This document shows positions 33,728 to 42,763 of a stretch of DNA of 64,000 nt, piece by piece (positions within the stretch are counted from its first letter, which is position 1; every line of letters begins with the position of its first letter). Source of the stretch: an uncultured Chloroflexia bacterium (GTDB taxonomy: Bacteria; Chloroflexota; UBA6077; JACCZL01); the NCBI GenBank assembly GCA_963765765.1, contig CAVXYC010000020.1:800001-864000 (forward strand), given 5' to 3'. The notes beneath the pieces were generated by a model. The model did no database searches. It was not told the origin of the DNA and saw only the letters and a list, made by a program, of their open reading frames with translations. The translations under genes were made by a program, and so were the position numbers.

Positions 33728-33816
33728 GCGAGTAGCGAGTAGCGACTACTCAGTAACGAGTATCCCGAGCCGACCAGAGTCCTGACAATGTCTTGGCTAC
33801 TCGCGACTCGTTACTT
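33728..33816. repeat. short heptamer (GAGTAGC/GAGTAAC) repeats in inverted arrangement
   Basis: gcgagtagcgagtagcg ... ctactcgcgactcgttactt. Confidence 0.6.
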
Positions 33817-33896
33817 GGCACTGCCCGGTACGCAGTCTGCCATTTCGTGCCTGGCCGGTATAGTTACGGTTGAAAGATGGCCGAGAAGGGATTCCC

Positions 33897-35186
33897 ATGC
33901 TGAGTCGCGAAGAGAATGAGCTGATCACCCGCGTCGGCCCAGGGACTCCCATGGGTAACGTACTGCGGCGTTACTGGATGCCTGCGCTCATGACCAGTGA
34001 GCTCAGAGAGCCTGACGGTGAGCCCGTTCGGGTCAAGCTTCTGGGCGAGAACCTCCTGGCCTTTCGAGACTCAAGTGGCCGCGTTGGAATGGTAGATGAG
34101 TCGTGCCCCCACCGACTCGCGTCCCTCTGGTTTGGACGAAATGAGGAGAACGGTATTCGGTGTGTCTATCACGGATGGAAATTTGACGTCGACGGTGCGT
34201 GCCTGGAACAGATGAATGAGCCACGGCCGTTTCTCGACAAGGTAAGGCTCACCGCGTATCCAGTGGTGGAGATCGGCGACGTCATCTGGACCTACATGGG
34301 CCCGCCGGAGCTCCAGCCACCTCCTCCGTGCTTTGACTGGGCAACCGTCCCCTCGAGTCACCGCGAGGTCAACAAGACCTGGGAGGAGTGCAACTGGGTC
34401 CAAGCACTCGAAGGCGGCATCGATACCTCGCACGCGCCCATCCTGCACCGCAAGTTCGATCCGCGGTCGGATATTGCTGGCTTCGCACCTGGTGAGGCAT
34501 TCGTGCGAGGTAAGCCCCCGGTCATTGAAGTCGATTTCTCGGACTATGGGTATCGCTACGCAGGTGTTCGAAGTCTGGATGGCGGCGGCGTATATGTCCG
34601 CACGTATCACTACGTCATGCCTTTCTCGCAGCTCCGACCCTATCAGATTGAGCGCGGGGACGAATCAAACCCACGTCAGCAGATCGCCGGTCACATGTGG
34701 GTACCGATGGACGATCACAACTGCATGGTCTGGAACATGTTGTACAGCTACGGTCCAGTCCCGCTGACCGAGGAGGAGCGTCTGGAGCGTGGAATGGGCC
34801 ACGAGCCGTGGGAAAGTCATGCGGGAACATTTCGCAAGGTGCGTAACCGCGACAATGCCTATCTCATCGATCGTGAGATTCAGCGCACGGGCAACTTCAC
34901 CGGCATCCTGGGAGTGAATACGCAAGACCACGCCATACAAGAAAGCATGGGTGCGATCGTGGATCGCTCACGCGAGCACCTGGGCCCTGCCGACCGAGCA
35001 GTGATCGGCATGCGGCGGTTGCTTCTGGAAAGCGTGAAGGCTGTCCAGTTAGGCGGAACCCCGCTCGCGACCGGCACAAGCTACTACAACGTGCGGGCTA
35101 TCGAGAGGGTGCTTCCGGGTGGAGTGGACTGGCGCGAGGCGTTGCAGGAAGAGGTCTATCCTACCCTGGCGGCAAGCCGCCAATAG
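33897..35186 (+). CDS. Rieske aromatic oxygenase alpha subunit (LigX/phthalate 4,5-dioxygenase-like)
   Basis: MLSREENELITRVGPGTPMG, CPHR...CVYHGW, EGGIDTSH, QDHAIQESMG. Confidence 0.9.
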   Translation: MLSREENELITRVGPGTPMGNVLRRYWMPALMTSELREPDGEPVRVKLLGENLLAFRDSSGRVGMVDESCPHRLASLWFGRNEENGIRCVYHGWKFDVDGACLEQMNEPRPFLDKVRLTAYPVVEIGDVIWTYMGPPELQPPPPCFDWATVPSSHREVNKTWEECNWVQALEGGIDTSHAPILHRKFDPRSDIAGFAPGEAFVRGKPPVIEVDFSDYGYRYAGVRSLDGGGVYVRTYHYVMPFSQLRPYQIERGDESNPRQQIAGHMWVPMDDHNCMVWNMLYSYGPVPLTEEERLERGMGHEPWESHAGTFRKVRNRDNAYLIDREIQRTGNFTGILGVNTQDHAIQESMGAIVDRSREHLGPADRAVIGMRRLLLESVKAVQLGGTPLATGTSYYNVRAIERVLPGGVDWREALQEEVYPTLAASRQ

Positions 35187-35294
35187 CCGCGAAGCGCTTT
35201 GGAGTGCGTGCGCGCAGCGCCGCTTTCCAGGTCTCCCGTAGCGCGGGATATCGAGAAAGCGGCGCTGCAGTGCACTCCCAAAGCGCTTCGCTAT
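35183..35294. repeat. long imperfect palindrome (REP-like doublet) between convergent genes
   Basis: gcgaagcgctttggagtgc..gcagcgccgctttc ... gaaagcggcgctgcagtgcactcccaaagcgcttcgc. Confidence 0.7.
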
Positions 35295-35301
35295 TCCTGA
35301 G

Positions 35302-36327
35302 CTACGAGCTCAGTCTCTTCGCTCTCGCATCGAGATGTGGGACAACCCGGGGAAATACTTTTCGAACGTTTCCCTCGTAGAGCTTCTCGCGATCTTCATC
35401 GGTCAGCCAATCGATGGCATCCACGTACCGCTTGGTGTCGTCGAACCACTGGCCCGTGTTCGGATCGATCTTCTGAACGGCGCCGATCATCTCGGACGCA
35501 AAGAGCACGTTGTCCACGCCCATGCGCTTGATGAGGTGCTCAACGCCCTCGGCATCGTAGACGACGGTATCGAAGTAGAGCCGCTTAACCCACTCCTCGA
35601 AAGGCGGCTTGTCGAACATCATCGCGATTCCGCGGTAGCGTCCCCACTGATAGGGAATGGCGCCTCCGCCGTGCGGGATGATGAAGCGAAGCGTGGGGAA
35701 GTCATCGAGCACGTTGGACATCAAGAGCTGCACGATCGATGTGCTATCGGCATTGATGTAGTGCGAGCTGGTGCTGTGAAACGCGGGGTTGCAGGCTGCG
35801 CTCACGTGGATCATGCCCGGGACGTCAAGCTCTACCATCTTCTCGTAGAGCGGATACCAGTAGCGATCGCCCAACGGGGCATCAGTCCAGTATCCGCCCG
35901 ATGGATCGGGACTGATGTTGCAACCGATGAAGCCGAACTCGGTTACGCATCGCTCGAGCTCGCGGACTGAATTGTCAATCGAACCCCCGGGCGTCTGTGG
36001 CAACATGCAGGCGCCGACGAAGTTGTCAGGATAGAGATTCACAATCCGGTGGATGAGCTCATTACAGGTCTGCGACCAGTACAGGCTGATCAGTTCGCCT
36101 CCAAAATGGTGTCCCATGGTGCTGGCGCGGGGCGAGATGATCGCATAGTCGGTACCGCGCTCCGCCTGCAGCCGTAGCTGGCCCTTTTCGATGCTGTCGC
36201 GAATCTCATCGTCGCTGACCTTCAGCGGCGGCTTTGTGGGCGTTGCCATGGCGGCAATTTGCCGACCTCGCCACGCTTCAACCTCGACCGGCGTCGTGGT
36301 GTAGTGTCCGTGAGCGTCAATGATCAT
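35302..36327 (-). CDS. ligJ: 4-oxalomesaconate hydratase (amidohydrolase family)
   Basis: MIIDAHGHYTT, SPRASTMGHH, PDPSGGYW, IIPHGGGAIPY, LFASEMIGAV, FDDTKRY. Confidence 0.9.
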   Translation of the reverse strand: MIIDAHGHYTTTPVEVEAWRGRQIAAMATPTKPPLKVSDDEIRDSIEKGQLRLQAERGTDYAIISPRASTMGHHFGGELISLYWSQTCNELIHRIVNLYPDNFVGACMLPQTPGGSIDNSVRELERCVTEFGFIGCNISPDPSGGYWTDAPLGDRYWYPLYEKMVELDVPGMIHVSAACNPAFHSTSSHYINADSTSIVQLLMSNVLDDFPTLRFIIPHGGGAIPYQWGRYRGIAMMFDKPPFEEWVKRLYFDTVVYDAEGVEHLIKRMGVDNVLFASEMIGAVQKIDPNTGQWFDDTKRYVDAIDWLTDEDREKLYEGNVRKVFPRVVPHLDARAKRLSS

Positions 36328-36706
36328 GGATCAAGTCACCTCGGAAAGTTCAGATTGATTCTGGGTCACATACTACAGCGGAGCGCTCTCAATACGCTCC
36401 GGATGGATGCCCAGGCAATCGAGGGCGTGGGTACTGGCCATGGCGCGAATGCCTTCCTCACGGAGCCCCGCGTCCAGGAGTTTGTTATGAGTATCGCCAG
36501 GCTCTCTTCTAGGTCTGGACTAGCGATCTGACCGAGATCCGTGGCGAGAATGGTTGGGATGCGCTCAGCCGTTTCACACCGAGCGGCGCGGGAATGAACG
36601 AAGACATCCGTGGCCAAATCTGCGACGGTGTGCGGCGTCTCGTGGATGCTGGTATCGTTCAAGCAATAGCCTTCCTATTCCCATTGCAGATGCAAAGGAG
36701 CAGCTC

Positions 36707-37825
36707 ATGCAGACGAAGATTCCGTGTGTCCTCATGCGCGGCGGCACTTCTAAGGGCCCCTATTTCCTAGCATCGGACCTTCCATCTGATCCAGAGCTTC
36801 GCGACAAGGTCCTTCTGGCCGTCATGGGATCGCCGGATATCCGTCAGATCGATGGCGTTGGTGGGGCAGATCCGCTCACCAGTAAAGTCGCGATCGTGTC
36901 AGCTCCATCCACGCGCGAGGACTGCGATGTTGACTACCTCTTCGCTCAGGTAGTGGTCAATGATGCCGTGGTAGACATCTCACCCAACTGCGGCAATATG
37001 CTGGCCGGCGTTGGTCCGTTCGCCATTGAGCAGGGCATCTTTCCCGCGGCCGACGGTGAGACCATCGTTCGCATCCACATGGTGAACTCCGGGGACAAGG
37101 CCGTCGCACGGGTGAAGACTCCAAACGGCGAAGTTGAGTACGACGGCGACGCCCGCATCGATGGAGTTCCGGGAGGCTCCGCGCCGATCTTGATCGACGT
37201 TGAAGAGACGGCCGGATCGTTTTGCGGAGCGCTATTCCCGACAGGCAACCGAATCGACGTCATTGACGGCATCGAGTGCTCGCTCATGGACAACGGCATG
37301 CCAGTGGTCGCCATGCGAGCTGCCGATTTGAACCGCACAGGCTACGAGACTCGGGATGAGCTCAACGCGGATGAGGAGCTCAAGGCTCGGCTTGAATCGA
37401 TTCGGCTGAAAGCGGGGCACATGATGAATCTTGGTGACGTGACCGACAAGGTCGTGCCCAAGATGTTCCTGCTTGCGCCCCCCAAGGATGGCGGCACGAT
37501 CAGCACCCGCTCGTTCATCCCGAAGGTTGCCCACGCGAATATCGGCGTTCTGGCTGCAGTGACTGTGGCAACCGCGTGCGTCTTCCCGGGCACCACTGCC
37601 TATGACATGGCGAACTTGCCCGAGGGAAATCGCAAGATGCTCGAGCTCGAGCATCCCACCGGCTACTTCTCGACAGAGATCGAGGTGTCTGGCTCAAAGG
37701 ACGATCCAAAAATCGAGCGGGCAGCGCTGTTACGAACCGCGCGACGGCTCTTTGAGGGCAAAGTGCTGGTCCCATCGTCCGTCTGGGATGGCAAGGCGGG
37801 CGTCCTGGAAGCGGCCAAGGCCTGA
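36707..37825 (+). CDS. ligU: 4-oxalomesaconate tautomerase (PrpF family)
   Basis: MRGGTSKGPYFLASDLP, QIDGVGGADPLTSKVA, NCGNMLAGVGPFA, LLRTARRLFEG. Confidence 0.88.
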   Translation: MQTKIPCVLMRGGTSKGPYFLASDLPSDPELRDKVLLAVMGSPDIRQIDGVGGADPLTSKVAIVSAPSTREDCDVDYLFAQVVVNDAVVDISPNCGNMLAGVGPFAIEQGIFPAADGETIVRIHMVNSGDKAVARVKTPNGEVEYDGDARIDGVPGGSAPILIDVEETAGSFCGALFPTGNRIDVIDGIECSLMDNGMPVVAMRAADLNRTGYETRDELNADEELKARLESIRLKAGHMMNLGDVTDKVVPKMFLLAPPKDGGTISTRSFIPKVAHANIGVLAAVTVATACVFPGTTAYDMANLPEGNRKMLELEHPTGYFSTEIEVSGSKDDPKIERAALLRTARRLFEGKVLVPSSVWDGKAGVLEAAKA

Positions 37826-37882
37826 CGCCCTCAAGCCACTAGCTTATCTTAGCCACACCTTTAGTCTGGAGAACGCTCATAC

Positions 37883-38752
37883 ATGGCCGCAAAACTCATC
37901 GCCGGGCCCGATCCGAACCCGATCAAGCCCAGCGTCCAGCTTCCTCCTGGCGCGTGCGACGCGCACTGTCACGTATTCGGACCCGGCGATAAGTTCCCCT
38001 ATCACCCAGATCGCGCTTACACCCCGCCGGATGCCGGCAGAGAGACCCTTCGAGCCCTGCACGACTTTCTGGGACTCGAGCGCGCTGTCATCGTGCATGC
38101 AAGCTGCCATGGGGTCTGGATGGACGCCACGCTGGATGCGATTGCGTGGTCAGGAGGGAAGTACCGCGGCACTTCCGTGGTGTCGCCCGATATTACGGAT
38201 GCGGAGCTCCAGCGCTATCACGACGGCGGCATCCGTGCCGTGCGCTTCAACTTCGTCCGGCATCTGGAAAGCGTGCCTGAGCCAGAGACAGTCCGACGTA
38301 TGGCCGATCGGATCAAGGCGATGGGCTGGCACCTGGTGGTCCACCTCGACGCACAGGATACCGTGGAGCTCTCGCCGCTGCTCCTGAGCTTGCCTGTTCC
38401 CTTCGTGATCGATCACATGGCGCGTGTCAACGCGGCTCTTGGGCTGGATCAGCCGGCCTTTAAGCAACTCCTGGACTTGATGAAGAGCGATCTCGCGTGG
38501 GTAAAAATCTGCGGTCCCGAGCGAGTGTCATCGGAAGGTCCGCCCTTTACCGATGCCGTTCCATTCGCACAGGCTCTCATCGCCGCCGCGCCGGACCGCG
38601 TGCTCTGGGGCACCGATTTCCCGCACCCTAACGTCAAGAACATGCCCAACGACGGCCACCTGGTAAACCTGCTTGGCCAAATGGCCCCGGACCCTGCCGT
38701 CCTGAAGCAGATCGTCGTGGACAACCCGACGAAGCTCTACTGGGCGAACTAA
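37883..38752 (+). CDS. ligI: 2-pyrone-4,6-dicarboxylate lactonase
   Basis: PPGACDAHCHVFGP, RFNFVRHL, IDHMARV, VLWGTDFPHPN, MPNDGHLV. Confidence 0.85.
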   Translation: MAAKLIAGPDPNPIKPSVQLPPGACDAHCHVFGPGDKFPYHPDRAYTPPDAGRETLRALHDFLGLERAVIVHASCHGVWMDATLDAIAWSGGKYRGTSVVSPDITDAELQRYHDGGIRAVRFNFVRHLESVPEPETVRRMADRIKAMGWHLVVHLDAQDTVELSPLLLSLPVPFVIDHMARVNAALGLDQPAFKQLLDLMKSDLAWVKICGPERVSSEGPPFTDAVPFAQALIAAAPDRVLWGTDFPHPNVKNMPNDGHLVNLLGQMAPDPAVLKQIVVDNPTKLYWAN

Positions 38753-38762
38753 CTGACTTTTT

Positions 38763-39010
38763 CAAAGTAGTGGCGTCCCTTTACGGGCGGTAACTAGCCG
38801 GATTATTCACGGGTATTGAGACCGCCTCGCAATGGGCTTCTCGGGCGCCGTCAGGTGCCGCTGTTGCGGACTGGGGCGGGGTGTCGCACGGCGCGGTTCG
38901 GGCGAGTTCGCCTATTGCGAACCCGGTGAATAATCCGGGCCAGATATCCATGTCCCCGGGCGGGCTTGATGATATCTAGGTGGCGCCCGTAAAGGGACGC
39001 CACTACTTTG
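38763..39010. repeat. nested inverted repeats: GTAG-type REP pair enclosing a MITE-like element
   Basis: 27-bp perfect outer IR caaagtagtggcgtccctttacgggcg (38763-38789 / 38984-39010); inner IR ccggattattcac/gtgaataatccgg (38798-38938). Confidence 0.75.
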
Positions 39011-39057
39011 CTGGGCAAACTAAGCTCCGCACTTTCTCCGATCGACCTCAGTCGGAC

Positions 39058-40407
39058 CTACCGACTTGCGCCTGAGGTCTGCAGCTCCTCGATGCGGCGG
39101 TGGAGCGCCTGGACCAGTGGCATCGCAGGCCCGTATCGATCCCCGTCGTCTTGATTAAATCCCTTATGGTACATCGCACGGAAGTTGGAGACGCCAGCAA
39201 GCTGTGATGACAGGGCTGGCATCAACTCTGGCGGCACGCCCGCTCCGTGGAGCATCGTACCCATGGCCTCCGGATCGCGGAACACGTTCATCGGCTCTCC
39301 GCCTTGCTCAACGATGCGAATCTGCTCGTCGAGCTGACGGCGCAGAAAGATGACCGGGATGTCTGTGCGGCCCAATTTTTCTTTGGACCGATCCACGATA
39401 TCGCCTTGAGACCACCAGGCAATCATGTCCTGGGCGAGCACGTAATCAAGAATCGGTTTGCCGTTTTCATCGTAAATTGGGCATTCGTAGTACGGCACAA
39501 CCTCTTGTTCCGGAACTGGAATCTCCGGCGGTCCGGCGTACGCTTGATACGCGATGTGATAGGTGTGCGTATCATCAATCGGCACACGAATCTGGATCTC
39601 ACTCCTCGGAGACCCGGCGGTACCTGTTTGCGTGATAAACGGAAACACGACGGTGCCGTGGCGGGAGATTTTATCGTCGTCCGCGCCCAGCTCCTTTGAG
39701 TACTCGATACCCTTTTCCATCCCGTACTGCGTCGCGCGCGCGTAGAGGCCCTTAATTCCAATGCCCGTCTTAATGCGGGAGTAAAGTGTATGGCGAGGAT
39801 CGTCGGCACGCTCCCCAAGAGTACCCATCTTTTCCAGGACGTACTTGAACAGCTGACCGTGAAGCCACACGCTGTGTGTCGGATCGCCGGTATTTTCCTG
39901 ACACTGAAGCCAATTGCAGTTCAGCACCGAGATTCCGATTTGGCGGATGGTGTTCGGAGCAACGAACAGATCCCACGGCGGTAGTAGAGGAGCGGGCTTG
40001 GGGCCGAGATAGGCGAACACTAAGCCGCCAAGCTCCTGCACCGGATAGCCGCCGATACTCACGCGATCCTTGAACGTGCTCTTGGGATCCTCCAACGGTG
40101 TATCGAGACACTGTCCCTCATGTCCATAGAGCCATCCGTGGTACGGGCAGCGGAGGCCGATCTCGTCAGGTATGCCCCAACGCAGCTCAACGGCACGATG
40201 TGCACAGCGTTCGCCAACCAACCCAAGGCCACCCTGGCGATCGCGGTAAAGCACCAGGTCCTCGCCAAGGACACGTACCTTCCGCACTGGATCCTCGAGA
40301 AGCTGAGCAAGCGGAGCAATTGGGATCCAGTAGCGGCGCATCAGCTCGCCGCATGGCGTCCCCGGCCCAACGCGGGTCAATCGGTCGTTGGCTTCCTGAC
40401 TGAGCAT
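39058..40407 (-). CDS. Rieske aromatic oxygenase alpha subunit
   Basis: LTRVGPGTPCGELMRRYW, CAHR...CPYHGW, ENTGDPTH...H, EKLGRTD. Confidence 0.9.
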   Translation of the reverse strand: MLSQEANDRLTRVGPGTPCGELMRRYWIPIAPLAQLLEDPVRKVRVLGEDLVLYRDRQGGLGLVGERCAHRAVELRWGIPDEIGLRCPYHGWLYGHEGQCLDTPLEDPKSTFKDRVSIGGYPVQELGGLVFAYLGPKPAPLLPPWDLFVAPNTIRQIGISVLNCNWLQCQENTGDPTHSVWLHGQLFKYVLEKMGTLGERADDPRHTLYSRIKTGIGIKGLYARATQYGMEKGIEYSKELGADDDKISRHGTVVFPFITQTGTAGSPRSEIQIRVPIDDTHTYHIAYQAYAGPPEIPVPEQEVVPYYECPIYDENGKPILDYVLAQDMIAWWSQGDIVDRSKEKLGRTDIPVIFLRRQLDEQIRIVEQGGEPMNVFRDPEAMGTMLHGAGVPPELMPALSSQLAGVSNFRAMYHKGFNQDDGDRYGPAMPLVQALHRRIEELQTSGASR

Positions 40408-40420
40408 CTCAATCCCTTCA

Positions 40421-40475
40421 AAGTAACGAGTAGCGAGTAGTCGAACACACTTACTCGATACTGGCTACTCGTTAT
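40421..40475. repeat. heptamer repeats in inverted arrangement
   Basis: aagtaacgagtagcgagtag ... ttactcgatactggctactcgttatt. Confidence 0.6.
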
Positions 40476-40486
40476 TGGTTACAAGA

Positions 40487-40699
40487 CTATTGGCCGGCGT
40501 CTTCTGCCAGCCCAACGATCTCGTAGTCCGTGAGCGAAGCTTCCGTGTTGAGCAGAGCGGCGTCGAAAGGCGCCTCCACGTATCGGGCCCGCACCGACGC
40601 GCCATCAGATGACGGCTCCAGCACTTCCGCGATTGAACCATCCTCGAGCATGACTCGCTGACCGGACTCGAGGCTGCCAATATCCATAATGCTCTCCAC
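40487..40699 (-). CDS. small acidic hypothetical protein (predicted beta-rich, SH3-like)
   Basis: 70-aa ORF co-oriented with the Rieske gene; GGAGAG before the internal ATG. Confidence 0.6.
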   Translation of the reverse strand: MESIMDIGSLESGQRVMLEDGSIAEVLEPSSDGASVRARYVEAPFDAALLNTEASLTDYEIVGLAEDAGQ

Positions 40700-40831
40700 A
40701 CGGTTCTATGTCAGCCAATGGTACATCCGTGCCGGCGAATGCGGGAGATTCTTCCATCTGAAGTATGGCCGGTGTCGGTCCGGCTGACCGTCGGTATACA
40801 AGATACCCGCTCTACCGGAGCACGACTGTCG

Positions 40832-42763
40832 CTAGGTGCTCCCGTTTTGCCCTGGCGCTCCGTCCCGGTAGTTCCAGTATGCCGGGATGGTTTTCATGGG
40901 TGGACGCTCCATGTCTTCGAGCGCGCGTACCTCGACGTGGAATCCATCCGTGTCGTGCTGAATCAGCTTCATGCTGGTGTTGACATCGGTGAGCAGGTGC
41001 ACCCGTCGGCGCTCTTCCAGCCGACGCATCACGACCTGCAGGATCGTGAACGCCATGCCGCTCAGCGTGCTCAGCCCCTGATTCCGATGCACACGCCGCT
41101 TCAGATCAACTTGTCCGATCGCATCCAGGCCGGCGCGCTCCAGAATATCAATAAGGAGGCCCGTTTCCACGCCATAGCCAGTGAAAAACGGGAGCTGCTC
41201 CATCAATGGGCGACGGCCGGCGAACTCGCCAGCCAGCGGCTGGATGAGACCTGAGAGCTCCGGGAAAAAGAAGTTGAATAGCGGCCTGGCGGTGAGCTCG
41301 GTGACGCGTCCACCGCCTGTGGACTGCAGCGATCCGCCAACTCGGATGGGTCGCTTGTAAAAGCCCTTTACGTATTGAATACGCGGATAACGGAGCAACG
41401 GCCCGACGACACCGTACACAAACCGCGGATGGATATTCCTGATGTCGGTGTCAATCCAGGCTACGATGTCGCCGCGCAGCACGTGCAGGCTTTTCCAGAG
41501 CGCTTCACCCTTCCCGCGACGCTCACCAACTTCTTTGGTGAGTATCTTCTGATGAATGTGAACTGGAATGCCGAGATCAGCGGCGATCTCGCGCGTTCGG
41601 TCTTCGGATTGGCTATCGATCACCACCATCTCATCGAGCAGCGGGTAGCGGTCCACGAGGTCACGCTTTACCGCCGCGAGAATGGCGCCAATCGTCTCCG
41701 CTTCGTTCAGCGCGGGAAGCCCCAGGCTAATGGTGATACCCTGCCGCTCCTTTAATCGCACGAGATCGGCGATGTTCTCAAACTCATCTGAATCAAACGT
41801 GTTCTCAGCGAACCACTTGTCCACTTTCGCCGTCAGATTCAGGCTCGGCGCCGCGCTCGGTCCGGTCGCCGGTGCAAGCCGCTCCCACTGCTCATGCGGG
41901 AGGTCCGCTGGCAAGCGTGTCTTGACTATCATGACGGTGCCGGGGAACGCTCCTGCGACCGACTCAGTGATTGGACCGAAGACCGTGGCAGAGTCCGGAC
42001 CGCCGGCCGCGGCGCCCATGATGATGACCTGATGGTCGCGGGCCTGCGAGAGAATGGCCTGTTCCACCGGGTCCGCGGCAACGTCAATGCGGCGAACGAG
42101 CGACTGGTCGGGCAGCGTGTTCAGCACGGCGTCGAACTCCGGGATCGACCGATACCGATTTCTGTCGCCTGGACCTACTGCCGCGACGTGCAGCGCTGTA
42201 ATACGTGCCTGCTGGCGCTCGGCCATAATACCGGCCAGATGGGCAGCTAGTACGGCATTCGGCCCCCCGCGGACCGGTACGAGGATGCGGCGAATCTTGC
42301 CCCGGCCCGCGCCGCGAACTACCACGATGTCACACGGAGCGTTCGCCAGCACTTCGTCCACTGTCGTCCCGAACACTGAGTGACGTGAGTCGCTCCAGCC
42401 CTTCCAGCCCAGCATGATGAGATTGGCGCCTTCTTCGCGAGCCGCGTCAACGATCCCTTCCCAAACCTGGCGTGACACGCGTACGAGGCTTCTGAGCTCG
42501 ATATTCGAGGTTGGTTGAAAGCGACGAAGGCGGCTGAGAAGGTCACGTTGCAGGCGAGCCCGAGCCGCGCCCTCGGTGAACATTGCGCTGTCCGGCACCT
42601 CAACCACGCCGAGCACGATGACCTTGGCGCGGCCCCGAGCATCAGCGCCTCCGCACAGTGCGGAGGCAATGCGCAGCAGAGGCCCAACCTGGCTGGGGTC
42701 GGCTACCGGAATCAGAATGCTCAGGTCCTGGCTTGTTACAGACCAGGAAGGAGCGTCAGACAT
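40832..42763 (-). CDS. gpgS: glucosyl-3-phosphoglycerate synthase fused to two universal stress protein domains
   Basis: N-terminal USP pair (ANLIMLGWKG, ILVPVRGGP); C-terminal LPALNEAETIG, GKGEALWKS, GGGRVTEL, QPLAGE, GYGVE. Confidence 0.85.
   Translation of the reverse strand: MSDAPSWSVTSQDLSILIPVADPSQVGPLLRIASALCGGADARGRAKVIVLGVVEVPDSAMFTEGAARARLQRDLLSRLRRFQPTSNIELRSLVRVSRQVWEGIVDAAREEGANLIMLGWKGWSDSRHSVFGTTVDEVLANAPCDIVVVRGAGRGKIRRILVPVRGGPNAVLAAHLAGIMAERQQARITALHVAAVGPGDRNRYRSIPEFDAVLNTLPDQSLVRRIDVAADPVEQAILSQARDHQVIIMGAAAGGPDSATVFGPITESVAGAFPGTVMIVKTRLPADLPHEQWERLAPATGPSAAPSLNLTAKVDKWFAENTFDSDEFENIADLVRLKERQGITISLGLPALNEAETIGAILAAVKRDLVDRYPLLDEMVVIDSQSEDRTREIAADLGIPVHIHQKILTKEVGERRGKGEALWKSLHVLRGDIVAWIDTDIRNIHPRFVYGVVGPLLRYPRIQYVKGFYKRPIRVGGSLQSTGGGRVTELTARPLFNFFFPELSGLIQPLAGEFAGRRPLMEQLPFFTGYGVETGLLIDILERAGLDAIGQVDLKRRVHRNQGLSTLSGMAFTILQVVMRRLEERRRVHLLTDVNTSMKLIQHDTDGFHVEVRALEDMERPPMKTIPAYWNYRDGAPGQNGST

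Noticed and set aside
33728-33816. Short repeats as a CRISPR array
   Set aside because: The units are 7 bp with no 23-47 bp repeat/spacer periodicity, and no cas genes are present.
35335-35970. Long antisense or alternative-frame ORFs (this one and many similar, e.g. 28556-29164 and 60614-61255)
   Set aside because: They are shadows of real GC-rich genes on the opposite strand and carry no motifs.
36328-36706. Long intergenic region and short ORFs between ligJ and ligU
   Set aside because: There is no recognisable protein motif or RNA structure, so it is treated as a divergent promoter region.
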